In this document: positions 54,641-64,000 of the stretch, one piece after another
How positions within the stretch are numbered: the stretch's first letter is position 1
How the letters are laid out: every line of letters begins with the position of its first letter
Assembly: GCF_006345805.1 (NCBI RefSeq)
Contig: NC_043009.1
Location: 38,068,001 to 38,132,000 of the forward strand
DNA: 64,000 bases
Direction of reading: 5' to 3'
Source: Octopus sinensis
Taxonomy: Eukaryota
Notes under the pieces: generated by a model
Databases searched by the model: none
Seen by the model: only the letters and a program-made list of their open reading frames with translations
What the model was told of the DNA's origin: nothing
Position numbers and translations under genes: made by a program

Positions 54641-55280
54641 ACTTACTTTGATACTTTGATAGGTTTCGGCCATTATTGGCCCAGGCCATGTCTAACTTAA
54701 TAGCACCACCTGGTGAAGTCTTTCAAGTCAGAATTTGGGCACTATGGCCCACTCAAGTAGAGAGTTATTGTTTACAGAGACATATCCGGGTGTAGGGGGT
54801 TTATCCGGGATTTCTTGAAGGAATCTGTCCAAAGACTTCTTGAACCCTATAGGGTCAGTTTCTGTTTTAATGTGTTTTGGTGTAATGTTAAAGAGAGCGG
54901 GGCCAATTGAGGTGAAATAATTATGCCGTATTGTTGTTATGAGATGAGAGTGCGATTTTTGTTTTGGGCGGATGGCACGGGGCCCAAGCCTTGGATGTAC
55001 CTTAAAGGTGATGCCAACATCATTTGGGCAATGCTGATGGAATATTTTCCACATCATGCAGATGATGTAGCGCTCACGACGACGTTGGAGAGAATAGAGT
55101 TTTAGCTTTTCTAGTCGACCCCAATAGTCGAGGCCTGTCATGCCATCTATCTTTTTTGTGATTGCCCTTTGAGGTGCTTCAACTTTTATGATACCTTGTA
55201 TTGTGTGGGGAGACCACAGTGGACAACAGTATTCAAGGTGGGGTCGGGCAAAAGTGGAGAAGAGAAGGATAATGGTGTGC
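54641..55280 (-). mobile_element. 5'-truncated CR1-clade LINE (ORF2 C-terminus + 3' UTR + short tandem tail)
   Basis: Uninterrupted frame ...FSTFARPHLEYCCPLWSPH...QRAITKKIDGMTGLDYWGRLEKLKLYSLQRRRERY...FKKSLDRFL, typical CR1 post-RT motifs. Stop at 54728-54730; tail (ATCAAAGT)2; embedded in a TA/CA array. Confidence 0.9.
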
Positions 55281-56925
55281 ATATATATATATACATACAT
55301 ATATATATATATACATACACAGATATATATATATATATACATACATACATACACTATATATACATATACATACAATACATACATATATATACACATACAT
55401 ACATATATATACACATACATACATATATATAGATATACATCAGATATATATATATATATACAGATACATTATACATATAAATAATACATATATATACATA
55501 CATACACAAACATACATACATATATATATACATAGAATACATATATATATATATACAGATACATATATACATATATACAGAGATACATATATATATACAT
55601 CATACACAAACATACATACATAATATATACATAGACAAACATATATACATACAAACATACATACATATATATATATAGATACAATATACACACACATATG
55701 TATATATACATATACACATACGTATATATACATATACACATACGTATATATACATATACACATACGTATATATACATATACACATACGTATATATACATA
55801 TACACATACGTATATATACATACATACACATACGTATATATATACATACATACACATATACACACACATACACATACACACACATATATACACACGCATA
55901 TATATATATACACATATATATACACATATATACACACATATATACACATCCATATATATATATACACATACATATATGCACATACTTATATACACATGTA
56001 AACAGATGCATATATATATACACATATGTATATATATATACACTTATATAGACATATACATACATATCGTACATATATGTATATACATACACATCGTACA
56101 TATATGTATATACATACACATCGTACATATATGTATATACATACACATCGTACATATATGTATATACATACACATCGTACATATATGTATATACACATCG
56201 TACATATATGTATATACACATCGTACATATATGTATATACATATCGTACATATATGTATATACATATCGTACATATATGTATATACATATCGTACATATA
56301 TGTATATACATATCGTACATATATGTATATACATACACATCATACATATATGTATATACATACACATCATACATATATGTATATACATACACATCATACA
56401 TATATGTATATACATACACATCATACATATTGTATATACATACATCATACATATATGTATATACATACACATCATACATATATGTATATACATACACATC
56501 ATACATATATGTATATACATACACATCATACATATATGTATATACATACACATCATACATATATGTATATACATACACATCATACATATATGTATATACA
56601 TACACATCATACATATGTATATACATACACATCATACATATATGTATATACATCACACATCATACATATATGTATATACATACACATCATACATATATGT
56701 ATATACATACACATCATACATACATGTATATTCATACACATCATACATACATGTATATTCATACACATCATACATATGTATATACATACACATCATACAT
56801 ACATGTATATTCCTACACATCATACATACATATATATTCATACACATCATACATACATATATATTCATGCATATACATATATATATACACACACACACAC
56901 ACATATATATATTACACACATACAT
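55281..56925. repeat. Compound minisatellite including a 22-bp unit block and a 27-bp unit block
   Basis: CATACGTATATATACATATACA x4-5 near 55715-55830; CACATC(G/A)TACATATATGTATATACATA array ~56066-56860. Confidence 0.92.
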
Positions 56926-56934
56926 CATGATTTT

Positions 56935-57075
56935 CTATCAGTTTCCGTCGACCAAATAAACTCCCAAGGATTTGGTCGGCCCGGGGCTATAGTAAAAGAC
57001 ATTACCCAACATACCATGCAGGAGGACCTGAGCCCAGAACGATGTTGTTGGGAAGTGAACTTATTACACAGCCCC
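56935..57075 (-). mobile_element. SINE family A head fragment
   Basis: TTTCAGTTTCCGTC.ACCAAA...GGTCGGCCCGGGGCTATAGT similarity. Confidence 0.65.
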
Positions 57076-57530
57076 CTCGCCAGCATATGATATATATATA
57101 TACATATCTTAATGTAAAAGTTGTATAGAAAATATATATTTTACTGGGTGCAAATATTATCTGATATATAATTCAAGTGGATAGATATGTTTATTACATA
57201 TCAAACATTGAGTCTATTCTGAATTTCGCCTCTAAAGTAAGCTGTTCTGGACGTTCATAGCCGGCCGTGAACAGCCGGACCTGGGGCGAAATGGAAGAGC
57301 AGATCATCAACATTCTATAAAACTAAGATGTGCGTGTGTGTTTCGCAAGGAGAAAATACAATATTTTAGCTAAAATATAGGTGTGAAAATGGCCGGAGAA
57401 TGAGTTGCGAAAATTGAGTATCATGTCAAACTTGAAATTTTGGATAAAAGACGACGAATAAAAAACCACCAGTACTTATTTGAAAATTATAGCTTTACTG
57501 TCTTATCCACAAAACACACAGCGCACAAAC

Positions 57531-57587
57531 CGGTATATGTTACTGATGAGTTCCAATGTGATCGAAACACACCTGGAGTGGTCACCG
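57531..57587 (+). ncRNA. Hammerhead motif with intact core but disrupted helix I
   Basis: CUGAUGA GUUC-CAAUGU-GAUC GAAAC A CAC-CUGGA-GUG GUC ACCG; ACCG can pair only with CGGU 8 nt upstream of the core. Confidence 0.5.
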
Positions 57588-58223
57588 CACAGACATGATC
57601 GACTTCTTTCCCACTATAGTACTGTTCGAATTCTATTTTCTTTTAATTATTGAATTTTTATTCATTGAGATTTTGTAATTTTACAAAGATTATTTCTTAT
57701 CACCGGTGTAGGGTTAAAATTCGTCTAAAGTAAAGAATACATATATCCGGTGTTTAGGGTTAGTGTTAAGGGTTAGGGTTAGGATTTTTGTTACGCCGAA
57801 AACGAGTGGTGTACGTATTCTTTACCTCTGTCTAAAATTCTTAGCTTCGAAGTCACTTTCAACCTTAGTTTTGTAAAAATTATAAATATGTACTCTACAA
57901 ACAATACTGAGTGATCCTTTTGTTTAATATTAAAACTTGTATAATTTAATACTATATGTGTGTGTATGTGTATATATATTATATATATGTGTATGTATAA
58001 TGGCTTTTTTGTGTTTTTTTTCGCCATAGGTCATTATATACGAATTGTAGAAATTTCAGAATATCTATTGTTCAGTGTGTTAGACGAGCAAATTGAAACT
58101 TCTTAGTCACTATGTTATTCTTGTAAAAGCTTGATCAACACGTATTGAATAATTCTGTCGTTTAATGCTAAATTGTTTTTACTTATAACTTGACAAAACA
58201 AAAACTATACATACATACACATT

Positions 58224-58262
<39 letters not shown>

Positions 58263-58493
58263 ACAGACATCTCGAATAGTAAGTTGAAAATTGAGACACG
58301 ATTATTGGAGTTTGGTGTGAACATTACAAGATATATATATATATATATCAATAGAATGGTCATAAAGACGAGTATAGATAACAAGAATGAAAATGACTGA
58401 AATTGTAAGATTTGTAAGCAAATTGTCAGGGAAAAAATATATTCTGTGTTAAATGAAAAATAAAACATTGTTAAACGAAATAAAAATGTTGCA

Positions 58494-58499
58494 ACTCAC
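58494..58499 (-). other. 5' splice donor GTGAGT ending the Fat exon (phase 0)
   Basis: Minus strand reads ...GAA AGC AAA ACT GAG|gtgagttgc; the downstream ORF residues (VSCNIFISF...) are low-complexity intron read-through. Confidence 0.9.
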
Positions 58500-61400
58500 C
58501 TCAGTTTTGCTTTCAGCAACGGATGAACCCAAAATTTCCACCGCACATATTTCAACAATGATATTTGTAAATCCCACATCACGATCTAAAAGATCCTTTG
58601 TAGTGAGCTGGCCAGAAATCTTATCCACAGAGAAATATTGCGATTGTAGAACACCTTTTTTGTTAGCATCAATGCGTGTTATATAGTAATTGATTGTAGC
58701 ATCTTTGTTTTTTGGTTGAGCTTCGACTGACAATATTGTTTTACCGATTGGGACATTTTCGTGTACACTGGCTAAATAACGAGCTTGAGAAAATGTAGGG
58801 CCATTACGGTTATCGGTTGTTATAATGAAATAAATTGTAGTCATTATGGATTTGGCCCCAAGATTGTCGTTTATTCCAGCGTCAGACGCTTGGATGGTCA
58901 ATTGCAATATCGGCTGACCAACTGGCAACCTTGATTTCAATGTTATGATCCCAGAAGACCGAGACAACAAGAAATAGGAAGTGTTGCCAGAGATGATCAT
59001 ATAAGTAACTCTACCATTCTCACCTGAATCAATATCCAAACCCTCCACTCGACCGACTTCAGAATTAACAGGTGTATTCTGTGCAATAATAAAAGTTTCA
59101 GGAGAGATTATTCTTGGGACATTATCGTTGAGGTCAGTTACTATAATCTTAACTGTTTTCTCTGATGACTTTTGTCTAGAAGTAGGGTGGGCATTGTCTG
59201 TCGCTATTACAATCAAATTGGAATATTTCATTTTTTCGTAGTCTATTTCCCGGTTTACTAATAAATTTCCACTGTTAACAATTCGAAAATGATCACCAGG
59301 CGGTGCCTGAGAGGCTATTCTATAGCGAACTTCTCCATTAATTCCTGTATCTGGGTCATTGGCTGTGACTGTCCCGACAACAGTGCCAACATTGATTCTT
59401 TCTTCAATTGAAAACGTATTTGGTGTGTCTGGAAACGCTGGGCTATTGTCGTTGTAGTCCATGACATAAACGGTGAATCGTTGGTAAGTAATCAATGGCG
59501 GCACTCCAAAGTCAGAGACAGAAATGTTAAGGTGATATACTTTCTGAACTTCGTAATCTAAAGGTTCCATAACATAGATGTTACCAGTTTTGCCATCAAC
59601 GTGGAATGTGTTATTGGGATTACCATCGACTATCGAAAATGTCAAGAGAGCATTATTGCCAAGATCTTCGTCAGTTGCCTGAAACTGTGAAATACGAGTA
59701 CCTGGAATAACAGTCTCCATCAATTCTATTGACATAGGTGACGAACGAAAAGTTGGAAAGTTATCGTTGTAATCGTGAATTGTTATATGCACTTCGGTGT
59801 ACGAACTAAGTTGCACTTTGGTACCGGCATCGTAAGCCACCACTTTCAACAGGTACGAGTCAATGGTTTCTCGGTCTAACGTGGAATCCAATTGTATCTG
59901 ACCGCTTCTACTGTTAATAGAAAAGGTGTCATTTTGGTTCCCTTCGGTAATGGCGTAAGTGAGAAACTGATTTTCGTTTAAATCAACATCTATAGCACTA
60001 ACTTGGGTTATCAAAGTTTGAGGGCGGGCATTTTCAACAACAGAGGCACGATAAAGAGGTTTCTTAAATTCGGGGGCATTATCATTGACATCTGTGATAG
60101 TAACCTTTACTTTGGCACTACCCTGTAATCGTTTCATACCATTATCTTTTACAATAACTTCAAATGTGTAATAGTCTTTTCCAGTGAGAACCAGTTGTTC
60201 ACGGTCAAATGCTTTTAGTGATGTTATTCGTCCATTTAAAACGTTGACAGCGAAGTTATCTTGTTTCGTGCTTATGTAATAAGCTAGTTCTGCATTGCGA
60301 CCAATATCGGCATCAGTGGCATGGACAGACCCTACATATGTATTAGGAACTTTGTTTTCCTCAATTGACATGGAATAAGATTTATTGCCGAAAACTGGCG
60401 CTTTATCATTAGCATCAAGGATCTGAATTGTTATATTAGCAGACGAGCTTCTAGGTGGGACGCCACAGTCTTCAGCGACAATAGTAAGGTGATAAAAGTC
60501 TTTTGTCTCACGGTCCAGCTCTTCTGCTATATACAAGTGTCCATCTGGGAATATTGCAAACTTCCCGTCTTCACTCCCTCGGGAAATTCTGTAAATAATC
60601 TCCTTGTTTCTACCTTCGTCAGCATCGGTAGCCGAGATCAAAAAGAAACGGTCATTAATTGGCTGCGATTCCAGTAAAGATATCGAATTTTGAGCACTTG
60701 AAAATACTGGCGTATGATCGTTGACGTCTTTTACGTGAATTCTCACAATTTGCGAAGAGGACATTTGTGGATTGCCAGCGTCCACTGCAACTACGGTTAG
60801 TTCGTAGATTTTTGAAGTAGATTTATCAAGAGGGCGATTAATATAGATCATGCCAGAATCTCTAATCATAAACGAATGAATAAAACTTGTACGTAGAGTA
60901 TATGAAATATTAGCATTAATTCCTTCATCTAAATCCGTTGCCAACACTTGATAAACTTCTTTGCCAACTGACCAGTTCTCAAAAACGTTAACATCAACGG
61001 TCGCTGTCCCAAATTTAGGTTTGTTGTCATTTCTGTCAATCACAGTGATTTTTACCCCAACTTCAGCATAATTGCCATTACTTGCAGCTAAAACACGAAT
61101 ATTGTACGAAGCAATATGTTCCCGGTCGATTTTCTTGGCTGTTCTAAGGTTTCCAAGAGAGTCGATCGTAAAATGGCTTTCTGGATCTCCACCAATAATG
61201 GAAAGAGTTATATTTGGGGATTTTTCATTAGTTTTGGCTATTACATAACCTATAATTTGCCCGGTGTTCACCTTAGTATCGTTATCTTCGGTGACGCTGA
61301 ATACATAAGGTGTACTTAAAAAGAAAGGTATTTCGTCACCAGAAGTGGGAATAGTAATCAAAACAGTAGCAGTATTTGAGGCTGTTTTACCATTCCCATC

Positions 61401-63716
61401 TTGTGCGGAAACAGTCAATTTGTAGTGCGTTTGAACACTTGAGTCCAAACGTCCTTTCACAAATATTACTCCACTGTACTGGTCAATGTAAAAATTAGCC
61501 ACATCGCCACCGGTCAGTTGGTAGGTCACTTTCCCATTTGTGCCAGAATCTTTATCTATAGCTGTTACTTTTATCACAGTGTTATTTTCGGAATGCTTCG
61601 CTGGAAGTTTGGGATAATATTTTTCGGGATAAAATGCTGGCCTATTGTCATTTATATCTAACAGTTTGAGGGAAACGGTACAAGTCGACGACAGAGGTGC
61701 CTCGCCAATATCAAACGCGACAACTTTTATCAGATAAAGTTCGTTTTCTTCACGGTCAAGACTTTTGATTGTTGTCAAACGCCCGGATGTTGAATTCAGG
61801 TGGAATGTTTTCGGATACAACTCTATAACATCTGAGTGCAAAGCATATCTTAAAGTTCCATTTAATCCCATATCTCTGTCTTCAGCTCGAAGAGTAAGAA
61901 TTTCTTCACCAGCAGGAAGTTGTTCTTCCATCTCAACAGTATAAGATGTCTTGCTAAAAGTCGGTGGCATATCATTAATATCCAGTAAAGTAATGTTAAC
62001 AGTGGTATACTCTTTATAGGGCTTAAATCCCCCATCTTGAGCTGAAATATTTAAAATGACAACTGAACTTACTTCATAGTCTAACGGTGCCACTGTCACG
62101 AGAAGACCCGTTCTGTTATTAATACTAAACCAATTAAATTTGTTGCCACCATTAATTTTGTAAGTTATCTGAGAGTTCAAGCCACAATCGGAATCTTTGG
62201 CCGTTACAGCAGTAACAAAACTACCCACCGGTATCGTTTCACTGAGGACAGCAAAATATTTGGACGGATCGAATTTAGGCGGATGATCGTTAATATCGTT
62301 AACATAAATCACAAGGTGAGCAGTAGAACTTAAAGGAGGGTCGCCCATGTCCACAGCCAGCAAAGTCAGGTTATAGACATGTACTTTCTCCCGGTCAAGA
62401 CTCAAAACAACTACCAAAACACTGACCTTGTAACCGCGAATAAGTCTGAAGTGACCAAGTTGATTCCCATCAATAATTGACAAAGACACATTACCATTCA
62501 TACCATCATCCAAATCGTTTACAGTAATTATAGTCACGTAGGTGCCATTTATTGCATTTTCGTTAACTGCAGAATAATCCTTCGATGAATCCGGCTGGTG
62601 CTGAAATTCGATGACGGGAGCATGGTCATTTTGATCTATGATGTGTACATTTAAATAGGCCCTCCCAGTTAAGTGCTCTGGGCCATTATCAGTAGCTAGC
62701 AGTATTAAAAAACACATTTTCTCTCCTGTGTTTTGCTGACAGTTTAATTTTCTTGTTGTGGTCACTACACCTGTATAACGGTCGATTTCAAACTGTCCGG
62801 AGTCCTTATTATTTTCAATAGAGTAAGTTATAGCTTTGTTGTTACCCTGGTCAAGGTCCGACGCCTCTACTTGAATAACTGTTGTACCGGGTGGGGCAGT
62901 TTCGTTCACATTAGCAGCATACACACTCATATGGAATGTAGGGTAGTTATCATTGATGTCTGCCACTGTAATATTCACTAAAAGAAACCCAACCATAGGG
63001 GGATTCCCGTGATCAATAGCAGAAATGTTCAACTGATAATATTCTTTTTCTTCCCGATTAAGTTTTACAGTATTTTGTATGTACAATATCCGAGGAATTT
63101 GTGGGTAGGGAGGTTCCTGAATAAGAGCAAATTTTCCTTCTTCATTACCCGAAATTATTGTATAATTAGTAATTAAACTATTTTTCCCTTCGTCTTTATC
63201 GGAAGCTAATGGTACCATGAGTTTGTTGTTGTCATCGGATTCTTCGGCAAAACGAATGGCATAACTATCTTTAGGGAAAGTTGGTGGGTTGTCGTTTTTG
63301 TCTCGGACAGTTATTTTCATTTCAATTGAATGTGACGGTGGTTGTGTGAGAACCACGATTATAACGGGTTTGTTCGAGTGCTTAAGACTTTCCCGGTCTA
63401 AAGGTTTGGCAGTGACAACAACTCCGGTATATTCATCCAGGGCAAAATTAACATGATCTGGCAGGGAAGTTCGACTACTGATATAAACCGTAGAACCTGC
63501 CTCAACGGTAATATTACCAACACGCGTACCCACGGGTACATTTTCATCTATGTAAAAATGGTAAGGCTCACCCGGTGTTGGATGACTAAAAGAACCAGGC
63601 CCCTGGCCTTGGGCAAAAGCGACTAGAAACTGGATGAAGGCGACAATAATTACACGGTATAAAGTTTTAGTCGGACATAAGTCCCTAGATGTCTTTAGGC
63701 CAAGTGAGATGGCCAT
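58500..63716 (-). CDS. FAT4: Fat/FAT4-type giant atypical cadherin, first large coding exon (signal peptide + EC1 to most of EC16); gene continues beyond this exon
   Basis: Lies within the 1785-aa ORF 58449-63806. First in-frame ATG is at 63716 (MAISLG...VIIVAFIQFLVAFAQG, signal-like). 15 DxND-type linkers plus DRE/DYE motifs. Motifs match FAT4/Drosophila Fat as I recall them (LVIYVNDINDHPP, VFENWSVG, FAIFPDGHLYI, IVTDLNDNVP, GPTFSQARY, EC3 Cys pair). Ends at GAG|gtgagt. Orthology is from recalled sequences, not a search. Confidence 0.93.
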
Positions 63717-64000
63717 ATTAACTCCTACCTCAATAAATTGTATAATAAAGCGGACAAGACAGGCATGTCTGTTTTGCTTTAATGCGTGCAGGTAACTAAC
63801 GTACACCTGACATGTTCCTTATTACAAGGGACCCTAATCAAATTGTGTAGCACACACATCTTTCATTTAAAGTTTTAAGAAAACATTATGTAGATATACA
63901 TGTGTGTATGTATGCATGTATGTATACATGTAAATAATCACAAACACAAATAAGGGGACAGTACCTTTAAAACGCTGGTGAAAGAAGACGTTATCAGAGA

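Larger units (their letters stand above)
1..58499 (-). other. Probable long intron of the Fat gene (at least 58 kb within this window)
   Basis: No cadherin-coding exon recognised downstream of the donor; region is filled with repeats. A short exon could have been missed. Confidence 0.6.

Noticed and set aside
54660-54690. Hammerhead in the CR1 3' UTR (GGCC-AATAAT-GGCC GAAAC)
   Set aside because: No CUGANGA upstream; better explained as the LINE 3' recognition stem-loop.
56066-56860. CRISPR-like array
   Set aside because: Tandem units have no unique spacers and the context is eukaryotic; it is a minisatellite.
52919-57090. Many long ORFs (up to 395 aa) of HIYT/MCVY repeats, also at 18336-20237
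   Set aside because: They are translations of TA/CA microsatellites open in all six frames, with no coding complexity.
57754-57783. True telomere or chromosome-fusion scar
   Set aside because: Only a few imperfect TTAGGG units; a similar patch occurs inside a MITE at 41375-41400.
58449-58499. C-terminal VSCNIFISFNNVLFFI of the ORF as a true protein end
   Set aside because: It follows a canonical donor and is AT-rich intron read-through; there is no transmembrane or cytoplasmic domain.
58500-63716. Dachsous or coleoid-expanded protocadherin identity
   Set aside because: Protocadherins have 6-7 EC repeats; specific motifs, the EC3 Cys pair and exon length fit Fat/FAT4 better.
63717-63806. 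N-terminal 30 aa of the listed 1785-aa ORF
   Set aside because: It starts at GTG; the first ATG (63716) precedes the signal peptide, so this stretch is likely 5' UTR.

Overview
Eukaryotic, AT-rich, microsatellite- and SINE-dense genomic DNA. The repeat families suggest an octopus (coleoid cephalopod); the species is an inference. The only clear protein-coding sequence is one giant exon on the minus strand (63716->58500, 1739 codons): a signal peptide plus about 16 cadherin repeats of the Fat/FAT4 orthologue, ending at a perfect phase-0 GAG|gtgagt donor. No further cadherin exon was found in the remaining 58.5 kb, which is probably intron. That region holds several tRNA-derived SINE families, hAT, piggyBac, mariner and Merlin-like MITEs, CR1 and RTE LINE fragments and large compound mini/microsatellites. 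The main unannotated signal is about a dozen minimal type I hammerhead-ribozyme motifs in Penelope-like or retrozyme-like repeats. They include one with an unmutated core (12790-12824), a ~1.25-mer unit that begins at its own predicted cleavage site (44597-44966), and a ~230-bp hairpin built from two inverted ribozyme-bearing arms (38043-38270). There is also a visible shift from CpG-poor to CpG-retaining DNA near 29 kb. All repeat boundaries were placed by eye and are approximate unless a TSD is cited.
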